Source: a virus
Virus record (IMG/VR): IMGVR_UViG_3300032050_000037
Location: 32,001-96,000 of that record
Reading direction: 5' to 3' (one strand)
DNA length: 64,000 nucleotides
Both the position numbers and the translations under genes were made by a program. This document shows positions 41,513-50,324 of this stretch, in pieces; the first letter of the stretch is position 1; every line of letters starts with the position of its first letter. The notes beneath the pieces were generated by a model. It did not search any database, was not told the origin of the DNA, and saw only the letters and a list, made by a program, of their open reading frames with translations.

Positions 41513-42243
41513 TGATGCATTTAGATTATAGATTAGCTGATAAATTTAATGATATAGATTATAGATGTGATGATTTTAAAAAAAATCATGATGGTAAACA
41601 TATATTGTTTATAGGAGACTCATTTGCTGCAGGAGACGGTTTAGAAAAAGAAGAAACATGGTGTTATAGAGTATATAAAAAAATATCGGAAATAGAAAAA
41701 ACTAGTGGTTATTTTAATTTAGGAACATCTGGCTCAGCAATTAGTGATTCTATAGATCAATTTTTTAAGTATTGCTATCTATATTCTAATCCAGATGTAG
41801 TTTTTTTTGTAACAACTGAATTTAATAGAGAAGAAAGATATGGATTGTTTAAGGAAGACCATAGAAATTCTTTTATTTATAGAATTTATTTGTATTTAGA
41901 ACAATATTGTAGATCTAATAATATAAAATTATATACATTTTCTTGGATTAAATCAATAAATTTAAAACAACCAAAAAGAATTACTAAGGGTCCTTCCTGG
42001 TTAGAATTAGCAAACTCTAAGTATGAATTAATTAATAATCATGATATATTAAATAGATTTGAAACATTTTATGATTATGATAAAGATTATATGATGAAAA
42101 AAGTTTTTGAGTATGATAGATTGTCAAATAATGATTTAAATTCATTATGGGCAAGAGATAATTTACATCCAGGTACATCTTTTCATAAATTTTATTGTGA
42201 TTTTATATTTGATAAATATTTGATTGGAAAAAATAATGGATAA
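41512..42243 (+). CDS. SGNH/GDSL hydrolase-like protein
   Basis: FIGDSF, NLG.SG, RDNLHPG (DxxH). Confidence 0.7.
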   Translation: MMHLDYRLADKFNDIDYRCDDFKKNHDGKHILFIGDSFAAGDGLEKEETWCYRVYKKISEIEKTSGYFNLGTSGSAISDSIDQFFKYCYLYSNPDVVFFVTTEFNREERYGLFKEDHRNSFIYRIYLYLEQYCRSNNIKLYTFSWIKSINLKQPKRITKGPSWLELANSKYELINNHDILNRFETFYDYDKDYMMKKVFEYDRLSNNDLNSLWARDNLHPGTSFHKFYCDFIFDKYLIGKNNG

Positions 42244-43303
42244 CACTTATACAGAAATGTTTTATGATTGTATAATTAACAAATTAGACAATAAATATTT
42301 TAAATATTATCCAAGCATTGTAGATAAAATATATTATAATGAATTTTATAATTATACTGATAAAGATTATGGAGTTATTGAAAATAGATTTTCTTTATTT
42401 AAAAAAATAGATCCTGAAATAGATTTTATTTTAAATAAAGATGGATTTAGATCACCAGAATTTAAAGAAAATATTGATTTTTTAATAGCTGGATGTTCAA
42501 ATACTATGGGGGATGGATTAAGAACAGATAAAATTTGGTATGAATTATTATTAAAGGATAGTAAGTACACATATAATTCAATAGCACAGGCTGGTGAGAG
42601 CATTAATAGTCAGGTTGAAAAAATTTTTACTTACATAAAAAAATACAATAATCCAAAAAATATTTTATTTTTAATGCCAAATTTTGAAAGAATTAAAATT
42701 TTTAATTCTCCCATGTTTTTTACCTCCCATAAATTTGAAAATTATATATCAACACACTATGAATCAAATACAGATATTTACTATACTAACATGGATGATA
42801 AAACTAATATAAATTATTCAAATAAATCAATTGATGACTTAAATTCTTCTATAATATTTGATAATCAAAATGAAATAAAATATTTTAAAAGACCACTTTT
42901 GGCAGAAGAAGTTATACCTATACAAATGGCTCATATGTATTCTGCACAGAGTATAAATATTTTAGAAACATATTGTAAAAAAACTAATATAAATTTATTA
43001 TATGGCACTTGGGACTTACATTCAAATGAACTTTTAAAAAAACTTTCTAATGATAATAATTTTACAAATTTTATTGATCTAGAAAATAATAATTGGGTAA
43101 GAAAAAATTTAACTGATTATCCTATATACATAATAGACAGTTGTCATAGAGAATTTATTAAAGATATTTATTTCAATGTAGCGTTAGATTACTATATAAA
43201 TGAAAAAGAAAGTGCACATTTAGGTTTTCATAGACATATACATATAAGAGATATTTTTGCAAAACAATTAAACGATAGGTATGGATATGATTTTAAAGTT
43301 TAA
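42224..43303 (+). CDS. SGNH-like protein
   Basis: GFRS, AGCSNTMG, terminal AHLG...H. Confidence 0.55.
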   Translation: MEKIMDNTYTEMFYDCIINKLDNKYFKYYPSIVDKIYYNEFYNYTDKDYGVIENRFSLFKKIDPEIDFILNKDGFRSPEFKENIDFLIAGCSNTMGDGLRTDKIWYELLLKDSKYTYNSIAQAGESINSQVEKIFTYIKKYNNPKNILFLMPNFERIKIFNSPMFFTSHKFENYISTHYESNTDIYYTNMDDKTNINYSNKSIDDLNSSIIFDNQNEIKYFKRPLLAEEVIPIQMAHMYSAQSINILETYCKKTNINLLYGTWDLHSNELLKKLSNDNNFTNFIDLENNNWVRKNLTDYPIYIIDSCHREFIKDIYFNVALDYYINEKESAHLGFHRHIHIRDIFAKQLNDRYGYDFKV

Positions 43304-43370
43304 ATATTATTTACATAGATTTAAATTAAAATTTAAAAAAAATAAAAAAAGAGACAGGTATATATATTGA
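43287..43370 (+). CDS. 27-aa Lys-rich microprotein (not in track)
   Basis: MILKFKYYLHRFKLKFKKNKKRDRYIY; TGA overlaps the TTG start of the carbamoyltransferase. Confidence 0.55.
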   Translation: MILKFKYYLHRFKLKFKKNKKRDRYIY

Positions 43371-44848
43371 TAATACTTGGAATTAATGAAACTTCGCATG
43401 ATGCATCTTTATCATTAATTGAAGATGGGAATATCTTATTTGCTGGTCATGCTGAAAGATATAGCAAGAAAAAAAATGATTGGTATATCAATAATGATTT
43501 AATTAGTGATGCCCTGCAATACGGTTTTCCAGATCAGATAGCATATTATGAAAATCCATTATTAAAAGCTTCTAGATTATTATTAAAGGGTGGAAATGGT
43601 AATTGGGTTCCAAAATATCAAATTAAAAATATATTTAATAAAACCGTACCAGTTAAATATTTCAAACATCATTATTCGCATGCATGTGCTGGATATTATA
43701 CAAGTAAATTCGATGATGCAGTTATAGTTGTTTTGGATTCTATAGGAGAATGGAATACTTCTACAATATGGACGGGAGAAGGAGACAAAGTTAAATTAAA
43801 ACATAAACAAAATTATCCATTTAGCTTTGGATTATTCTATTCTGCTTTTACACAACTAGTAGGATTAAAACCAAATGAAGAGGAATATATTTTTATGGGT
43901 ATGGCTGGCTATGGAAACCCAGATAGATATTTTGATCAAGTAAATTCTTATTTTCCATCAATTACAAAACAAAAATATAATTTTCATAAAGGAATATATG
44001 ATTTTAATTGGGGAAGTATTCCATGTATGGCTGGATGGGAGAATAACTCTAAGTCTTGGTTTGATCAAAGAAATTTTGATTTAGCAGCAGCAGTCCAAAA
44101 GGTTTATACATTAAGACTTTTAGAATTTATGAAGTATGCAAAAGGTATAACTGGTAAAAATAAACTAGTTTTTATGGGCGGATGTGCTTTAAACTGTTCT
44201 GCTAATACTTTTTTATGGGATATATTTAAAGATATTTGGATAATGCCTAACCCAGGAGATGCTGGATCATCTTTAGGCGCAGCTGCTGCATTATATGGAA
44301 AACATTTAAATTGGAACAATCCTTATCTTGGATATAATATTAAAGGAGAATATCCAGTAGATAAAATAATTTCTGAGTTAAAAGAAAATAAAATTGTTGC
44401 AGTTGCAAACGGACGTGCAGAGTATGGACCTAGAGCATTAGGAAACAGAAGTATATTAGCCGATCCAAGAGACCCAGATATAAAAAATAAAGTTAATTTA
44501 ATTAAACAAAGAGAAATGTTTAGACCATTTGCGCCAGTTATAATGGAAGAATGTGCATCAGAATGGTTTGAAATGGAATTTACATCACCTTACATGCAAT
44601 ATGCAGTAAAATGTAAAAAACCAGAGATAGTTCCGTCTGTGGTTCATGTAGATGGAACTTCTAGAGTACAAACAGTAAATAGAAATCAGCATAGAGGTCT
44701 TTGGAGAGTATTAAATAAATTTTATCAAGAAACAGGAGTGCCATTATTATTAAATACTAGTTTAAATATTAAAGGGCAGCCTTTATTAAATGATATTGCT
44801 GATATTAATTTATGGAAATCTATTTATAAAAGTGATATACTAACTTAA
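43367..44848 (+). CDS. O-carbamoyltransferase, NodU/CmcH family
   Basis: HDAS, ERYS, HHYSH, MGMAGYG, GGCALN, EYGPRALGNRSILADP, HVDGTSRVQ, LNTSLN. Confidence 0.92.
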   Translation: MIILGINETSHDASLSLIEDGNILFAGHAERYSKKKNDWYINNDLISDALQYGFPDQIAYYENPLLKASRLLLKGGNGNWVPKYQIKNIFNKTVPVKYFKHHYSHACAGYYTSKFDDAVIVVLDSIGEWNTSTIWTGEGDKVKLKHKQNYPFSFGLFYSAFTQLVGLKPNEEEYIFMGMAGYGNPDRYFDQVNSYFPSITKQKYNFHKGIYDFNWGSIPCMAGWENNSKSWFDQRNFDLAAAVQKVYTLRLLEFMKYAKGITGKNKLVFMGGCALNCSANTFLWDIFKDIWIMPNPGDAGSSLGAAAALYGKHLNWNNPYLGYNIKGEYPVDKIISELKENKIVAVANGRAEYGPRALGNRSILADPRDPDIKNKVNLIKQREMFRPFAPVIMEECASEWFEMEFTSPYMQYAVKCKKPEIVPSVVHVDGTSRVQTVNRNQHRGLWRVLNKFYQETGVPLLLNTSLNIKGQPLLNDIADINLWKSIYKSDILT

Positions 44849-45438
44849 TGAATAAAGTTTTAATCATAGGTGGCACAGCCAGATCTTCTAAATTAATAAT
44901 AAAATCATTAGAAAAAGAAAATTTTATAATAGATTTAATAACTTACAGGCAAAAAAATAAAATTTATGGAGAATATAACTGGAAGTATTTAGATTTTGAA
45001 GATTATGAATCTGTTTTAAATTTTATTAGAGACCTACCAGTAAATTACTATAGTAAAATAATTTTTTTATCTGGAAATTCCATATCAGATAATATAACAA
45101 AAATTAATATAAAAGAATTAAAACTGTTTTATGACTCATATTTATTTAATTATAACTTATTAATTATAAATTGCATAAAATCATTAAATGAAAATGGACA
45201 TATTATCTTCATATCCTCAGTTGCTGCAAATAAAGCAATTTTAGACGCACATTATTCATCAGTAAAAGCTGGCAATCAAGCTTTAGTTAAATCTTTATCT
45301 TTGCATGTAAAAGAAAATCAAGCAATGATTTCAATATCTCCGTCAACCATAACAGAAGAAATAAGAAATGATATGGTAAATATAATATTAAGTGTAAATA
45401 AAAATGATAATGGTAAAATTTTTGAATTAGGCTATTGA
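44848..45438 (+). CDS. Short-chain dehydrogenase/reductase-like protein (short, possibly degenerate)
   Basis: VLIIGG, IFISS, YSSVK (YxxxK). Confidence 0.6.
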   Translation: MNKVLIIGGTARSSKLIIKSLEKENFIIDLITYRQKNKIYGEYNWKYLDFEDYESVLNFIRDLPVNYYSKIIFLSGNSISDNITKINIKELKLFYDSYLFNYNLLIINCIKSLNENGHIIFISSVAANKAILDAHYSSVKAGNQALVKSLSLHVKENQAMISISPSTITEEIRNDMVNIILSVNKNDNGKIFELGY

Positions 45439-45463
45439 CTAATTAATATACTATATATATAAT
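45435..45463 (+). promoter_or_regulatory. SigA-type promoter for the tRNA, TTGACT-17-TATAAT
   Basis: Near-consensus; 13 nt upstream of the tRNA. Confidence 0.7.
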
Positions 45464-45476
45464 TATATTGTTATGA

Positions 45477-45550
45477 GCAACAGTAGCTTAGTTGGTTAAA
45501 GCCCCGAACTCATAATTCGGCAATCGTAGGTTCAAGTCCTACCTGTTGCA
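45477..45550 (+). tRNA. tRNA with CAT anticodon (elongator Met or Ile2)
   Basis: Acceptor GCAACAG/CTGTTGC, anticodon arm CCGAA-CTCATAA-TTCGG, T arm GTAGG-TTCAAGT-CCTAC; CCA not encoded. Confidence 0.9.
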
Positions 45551-45562
45551 CAAAGGAGCAAA

Positions 45563-45859
45563 ATGGAAGAGCCAGGGGAAGACGATTTATTTCAATATTA
45601 TTTAGAAATAGGAGCAATTGAAATAGCTGGAATAGATCCTGATGGGGAGTTAATTTTTAAAGTAACAGAATATGCAGAGGAAGTTGCTCCAGAATTGTGG
45701 GATTCGCATACAAATTATGTTGATAAAACTTTAATAGATTTATTTAATAAGGACTTAATTTCAGTTGAATATGATGAAAATTTACAGGCAACTATAAGTT
45801 TAACACCAGAAGCATATAAAATAATAGAAGAAAAAGGTATTAGGCCAATTGATGAATAA
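45563..45859 (+). CDS. Acidic hypothetical protein
   Basis: SD AAGGAG; 98 aa. Confidence 0.6.
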   Translation: MEEPGEDDLFQYYLEIGAIEIAGIDPDGELIFKVTEYAEEVAPELWDSHTNYVDKTLIDLFNKDLISVEYDENLQATISLTPEAYKIIEEKGIRPIDE

Positions 45860-45885
45860 TGCTATAATACATATAGGAGGTCAAT

Positions 45886-46068
45886 ATGCCATATAATATT
45901 AGACAAGGTGCTGCAGGCTGTAAGGGTTTTGCAGTAGTAAATGATAAAGGTGAACTAAAAGGATGTCATCCAAGCAAATCTAGAGCATTAGCACATCAAA
46001 GAGCTTTGTACGCAGCAACTGCAAATGAGCAAAAAATGTCTGAAGATAAGAAAAAGAAAATATTTTAA
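45886..46068 (+). CDS. Small protein, possibly head-associated
   Basis: MPY...GC.GFAVV...GE..GCH.SK..A..H..ALYA, a pattern recalled from N-termini of phage head-maturation proteins. Confidence 0.5.
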   Translation: MPYNIRQGAAGCKGFAVVNDKGELKGCHPSKSRALAHQRALYAATANEQKMSEDKKKKIF

Positions 46069-46475
46069 TGTACGAATATAGAGTTAAAAAAATAACTGGT
46101 GTTGTAGACGGCGATACTTTAGATGTAGATATAGATCTTGGGTTTAATGTTTCTTTTTCTCAAAGAGTTAGGATGGCTGGCATAGATACACCAGAATCAA
46201 GGACTTCAGATAAATTTGAAAAAGCTCTTGGTTTAGAGTCAAAAGAATATTTAAAATATAAAATTAAAGATGCAAAAGAAATTGTAATTAAAACAGAAAA
46301 ACCAGATTCTTCAGAAAAATATGGAAGAATTCTTGGATGGCTATATTTAGATGGATCAAAACAATCAGTTAATGAACAAATGATTGAAGATGGATATGCC
46401 TGGGGATATATGGGAGAAACTAAGGTTAAAGATTTTGCAGTCTTGGCTGAGAAGAGAAAAAAGAGTGGAAAGTAA
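46068..46475 (+). CDS. Thermonuclease (SNase-like)
   Basis: VVDGDT, RVRMAGIDTPE, KYGRILG. Confidence 0.88.
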   Translation: MYEYRVKKITGVVDGDTLDVDIDLGFNVSFSQRVRMAGIDTPESRTSDKFEKALGLESKEYLKYKIKDAKEIVIKTEKPDSSEKYGRILGWLYLDGSKQSVNEQMIEDGYAWGYMGETKVKDFAVLAEKRKKSGK

Positions 46476-46657
46476 TGCCAATATATGAATACTCATGCAT
46501 AACATGCGACACTTCTATTGAAATAAATAGAAAATTTGATGATCAAGAAATAATTCCTCCATGCAACTCATGTGGATACGGTATGACTAGATCTTATAGC
46601 TCAGTAGGAGTTCAATTTAAAGGTTCTGGATTTTATAAAACAGACAATCCAAAATAA
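46475..46657 (+). CDS. FmdB-family zinc-ribbon protein
   Basis: MPIYEYSC..C...C..CG...FKGSGFYKTD. Confidence 0.85.
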   Translation: MPIYEYSCITCDTSIEINRKFDDQEIIPPCNSCGYGMTRSYSSVGVQFKGSGFYKTDNPK

Positions 46658-46702
46658 TGATATAATATATTAGTACCTGCCATTTGGGGGTACTAATATA
46701 AC

Positions 46703-47131
46703 TTGCTTAAAAGGAGAAAAAATATGATGAAAGATCCATGGGCCATTTTTAATGACCCTTTTTTTATTGGTTTTAATCACACATTAAATAGATTAAACCA
46801 TGTATATTCAGAAAACCAATCGTATCCACCATACAATGTAATTAAACTAGATGAGGATTCTTATCAAGTTGAAATTGCTGTTGCTGGATTTGATAAAAAA
46901 GATATTGAAGTAACAGTAGACAACTCAACCCTTATTGTAAAAGGAAACAAAGAAGAAACAGAAACTCAATTTGTACATAAGGGTATTGCAACACGTAAAT
47001 TCACAAGATCATTTGCGCTTGGCGAATATATGGAAGTTGTAGGTGCTGATTTTGAAAACGGTATGCTGCGAATCAGCGTAGACAGAGTTATCCCAGAAGA
47101 AAAGAAGCCAAAGACTATTAAAATAAAATAA
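46703..47131 (+). CDS. Small heat-shock protein Hsp20 (IbpA-like)
   Basis: YPPYNV, EIAVAGF, HKGIA.R.F.RSF.L, A.FENGML; likely start 46724 after SD AAGGAG. Confidence 0.92.
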   Translation: MLKRRKNMMKDPWAIFNDPFFIGFNHTLNRLNHVYSENQSYPPYNVIKLDEDSYQVEIAVAGFDKKDIEVTVDNSTLIVKGNKEETETQFVHKGIATRKFTRSFALGEYMEVVGADFENGMLRISVDRVIPEEKKPKTIKIK

Positions 47132-47143
47132 TAGTATAATAGA

Positions 47144-47236
47144 AATCTGCATCTCGTCACTGAGAAGTCGCAGATTCGTCGGGGGAGACAGCGACATTAA
47201 ATATCTGGATAGACCTGAGCACGTCTCAAAACTGCT
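47144..47236 (+). ncRNA. Candidate structured small RNA (two hairpins + H-type pseudoknot)
   Basis: GC-richer intergenic island behind its own TAGTATAAT -10; pairings are listed in findings. Confidence 0.4.
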
Positions 47237-47255
47237 CTTTAACATTAAGGATTTT

Positions 47256-47828
47256 ATGAATATAAATGAGATAAAAGAACAATTGTCTGATGCTAAAAAA
47301 AATACAACACATTTTTTATTAAAAGGATTTTTTAAAAATACTCCATCTTGGGAAGATATATTTGAACATCTATCATATGAATACTTTAATAAACCAGATT
47401 TAAACTTCCCAGACTCTTGGATAGTAAACGGTGGTGTTGCAACACAAAAAAATCAATTTTATGCACAAATAAGAGACTCTAGTTTTTATAAACAATATAA
47501 TGATGTTTTAGAGTGTTTTAATAATCTTTTGGATAAAAATGGAGCTTCTGGTGCTGCATTTTTAGATTTAATATCCAATAGTAAAAAAGTATCATTCCAC
47601 AACGACCCAGCAGATCAATTTCATTGGCAGATAAAAGGAAAATCAATATGGCAATTTAAAAAACAACATAATGATGATAACGAACAGGTAGATGCAGAAA
47701 TTGAAGTAGAAGAAGGAGACGTAATCTTTCTGCCAGATGGCATATATCATTCAGTTAGTACAAAATCTGCAAGATGTGGAATAACAGTAATGTATTCTTT
47801 AAGAAAAGGAATTGTTGCAAACTCTTAG
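47256..47828 (+). CDS. JmjC/cupin oxygenase
   Basis: FHND, WQIKGKSIW, GDVIFLP.G.YH.V. Confidence 0.75.
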   Translation: MNINEIKEQLSDAKKNTTHFLLKGFFKNTPSWEDIFEHLSYEYFNKPDLNFPDSWIVNGGVATQKNQFYAQIRDSSFYKQYNDVLECFNNLLDKNGASGAAFLDLISNSKKVSFHNDPADQFHWQIKGKSIWQFKKQHNDDNEQVDAEIEVEEGDVIFLPDGIYHSVSTKSARCGITVMYSLRKGIVANS

Positions 47829-47892
47829 ACAACTAAGATAAATTAAATAAAAAATCATGTTATAATTTCCATGTAACAAAAATTTTGTTGCA

Positions 47893-50322
47893 TTGGAGAT
47901 CCAATTGAAGAGAAAGTTAAAGCTATTTATAGCTGGCCTATTTGTAACTGGCTGGCTATTTTTTGTTGGTCCCAGTTATGCATATGCAACAGAAAATATT
48001 AATCAAGAACAGGTAGTAATAAGCCCAGCTCAACAAGCGGTAAATACAGCAATTGCAACCGCAACAACAGAAGTTCAACAAGCTATTGCAGCTACAGATT
48101 CTGCAACAGTACTAGTGGCAACAGCACAAACAGAATTAACACAGGCTCAATCCGCAGTAACTCAGGTCAATCAAAGTATATCTACAGCACAAATAGCAGT
48201 AAATGCAGTTGATACTGCAACTACAACAATAAATAATATAGACTTAACAATAAATCCAACAGATCAAAGTTCTCAAGTAGTTCAAGATGCAAAACAAACT
48301 ATAACTACTGCCCAAACAGCAATAGATAGTATTACTGTAACTACTGCACAGACAGAAATATTACAGGTTTCTACTGCAAAAACAGAAGCTTCTACTGCAC
48401 AAGCAACAGCACAAACTGAACTTACTCAAGCAAATATAGCAATTGATAATGCTCAGACAGCAGTAAATAATTTGCAAGCAACAATTGGAACAACCACAAA
48501 TGTTCTTGCTGGCGTAGATGATGCTGGTATCCGCATGAATCTTCCATTTAATTTACAAATGGGTGGAACTTTATATAATAATGTTTATGTTGGGTCTAAT
48601 GCAACAATTACATTTGGAGTAGATGAAGGGTGGGTATATTATCAAACACCCAACGCCCCTTCGGTTTCTATTGCTGGATGGGACTGGACTACTTGGAGCA
48701 CAGGAACTGGAATTACATATTCAACAACAGGATCTTCATTGGACATTGCGTGGGACCTTCGTCCATATCCACAACAAGATGCATCTACACAAATGGTTCA
48801 AATTAGATTTAATGCTGATGTAAATCCAAATGATGGTGCATGGATGGCAAATGTGACTGCTACTGGACCTATTCCAAATGGCGCTAGATTTAATTATAGA
48901 GAAACTACTAATGGAACAATTATTCCAATTGAAGATACAAATACAGGTTCTGGTTTTGCTGGACAAATAAGTCAAGGTACAACATTTACTCCTTATGTAG
49001 ATCCAAATACATCAACTGTTCAAGCAGCAGTAGATGCAGCAAATGCTGTTATTACACAATTAAATCAAAGTCTAAGCCCAGTCGTTTCTCAAAATAGCAT
49101 TAATACTTCTTCAATAAATTCTATTAATACATCATCATTGACTAATGCTATTAATTCAGCATCAAATTCAAAAACAAATTTACAAACTTCTTTGAATACA
49201 AAAGCATCTCAACTTACAACTGCTATTAATAATAATATTCCAACTCCTGCACCGATATTATCTACACCAGTTGTCGATGGCACAACAGTAACTGTTGCCC
49301 CAGAATTACCAACAGGATATACAGCAAATACTTGGTTTTATCAAGTAATTACAGATGATCCAAATGCAGAAAATCCATATGAAGGACAAACATTAAATAC
49401 CGACGGAGCCCCAGAATCAATTCAATTAGCTGGCTTGACAGAAGGTGCTACATATACAATTAGAGTTGCTAACTGGTCTGGCCCAGTAAGCCAATATACC
49501 GAAACTGTTATTTCAATTCCAGCAATACAAAGTTCTAACTTAATTAGTGGTGGACTAACACCAGTTGAACCACCTGTTGAAGAACCACCTGTTGAAGAAC
49601 CACCTGTTGAAGAACCACCTGTTGAAGAACCACCTGTTGAAGAACCACCTGTTGAAGAACCACCTGTTGAAGAACCAACTGAAGAAGAACCAATAGAAGA
49701 GCCAGCTGAAGAACCAGCTGAAGAAGAAACTCCATTAACTGTAGAAGAGATTGTTTCAGTTGTAGAAGATTTAATAGCAGATGGAAATCTAACAGCATCA
49801 GATGCAGAAGCTGTATTAGATGCATTAATGTCTGACGGAGAAATTACATCATCAGAAGTTAATAATCTTTCAGAAGCGTTATCTGAAGATGGAGTTTTAA
49901 CAATTGCAGAAAAAGAAATAGTTGCAGATGCCCTTATTGCAGCAGCAGACGGAGAACCAGTAGCTGCAGCAAATATTGAAGCAGCAGGACTTGAATATCG
50001 TGATCTTCCACCACAAATTCCAGTAGAGGTTAGAGAAGATGCAAATGGAAATCCTGTAGTTATTACAGCAGAGGTAGCATCAGCTTTATTAACATTAGAA
50101 TCCCCAGCAGCTTTAGTAGGAGCAATTGCTGGATGTTTCAATCCAGATGAAGCAATTGAAGGTTTAACAGAAGAACAACAATGTGAAGTATTTAAGGCGC
50201 TTGCAAATATTGGGGCAGATATGAGTCCACAAGAAAGGCAAAAGGCTAAGGAAGTTCTTGTAGCAGCAGTTTTAGTTGGACAAGTAATTCTAGGTAGTTC
50301 AATTTTGAGAATAAGGGGGTAA
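47893..50322 (+). CDS. Large exported, membrane-anchored surface protein
   Basis: Signal peptide (AYA-T), Ala/Thr/Gln coiled coil, beta domain, FN3 (LTEGATYTIRV), PPVEE repeats, acidic region, C-terminal hydrophobic segment. Confidence 0.7.
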   Translation: MEIQLKRKLKLFIAGLFVTGWLFFVGPSYAYATENINQEQVVISPAQQAVNTAIATATTEVQQAIAATDSATVLVATAQTELTQAQSAVTQVNQSISTAQIAVNAVDTATTTINNIDLTINPTDQSSQVVQDAKQTITTAQTAIDSITVTTAQTEILQVSTAKTEASTAQATAQTELTQANIAIDNAQTAVNNLQATIGTTTNVLAGVDDAGIRMNLPFNLQMGGTLYNNVYVGSNATITFGVDEGWVYYQTPNAPSVSIAGWDWTTWSTGTGITYSTTGSSLDIAWDLRPYPQQDASTQMVQIRFNADVNPNDGAWMANVTATGPIPNGARFNYRETTNGTIIPIEDTNTGSGFAGQISQGTTFTPYVDPNTSTVQAAVDAANAVITQLNQSLSPVVSQNSINTSSINSINTSSLTNAINSASNSKTNLQTSLNTKASQLTTAINNNIPTPAPILSTPVVDGTTVTVAPELPTGYTANTWFYQVITDDPNAENPYEGQTLNTDGAPESIQLAGLTEGATYTIRVANWSGPVSQYTETVISIPAIQSSNLISGGLTPVEPPVEEPPVEEPPVEEPPVEEPPVEEPPVEEPPVEEPTEEEPIEEPAEEPAEEETPLTVEEIVSVVEDLIADGNLTASDAEAVLDALMSDGEITSSEVNNLSEALSEDGVLTIAEKEIVADALIAAADGEPVAAANIEAAGLEYRDLPPQIPVEVREDANGNPVVITAEVASALLTLESPAALVGAIAGCFNPDEAIEGLTEEQQCEVFKALANIGADMSPQERQKAKEVLVAAVLVGQVILGSSILRIRG
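49570..49674 (+). repeat. Perfect 15-bp tandem repeat x7 (CCACCTGTTGAAGAA = PPVEE)
   Basis: Read directly from the sequence. Confidence 0.95.
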
Positions 50323-50324
50323 AT

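Noticed and set aside
47144-47236. Calling the candidate RNA a known riboswitch (ZTP, preQ1, SAM-II) or tmRNA
   Set aside because: Only superficial resemblance; conserved core nucleotides and tRNA-like ends could not be matched by eye
49422-50141. 239-aa minus-strand ORF with GGSST repeats (and 49544..49825)
   Set aside because: Mirror of the PPVEE tandem repeat; no independent coding signals
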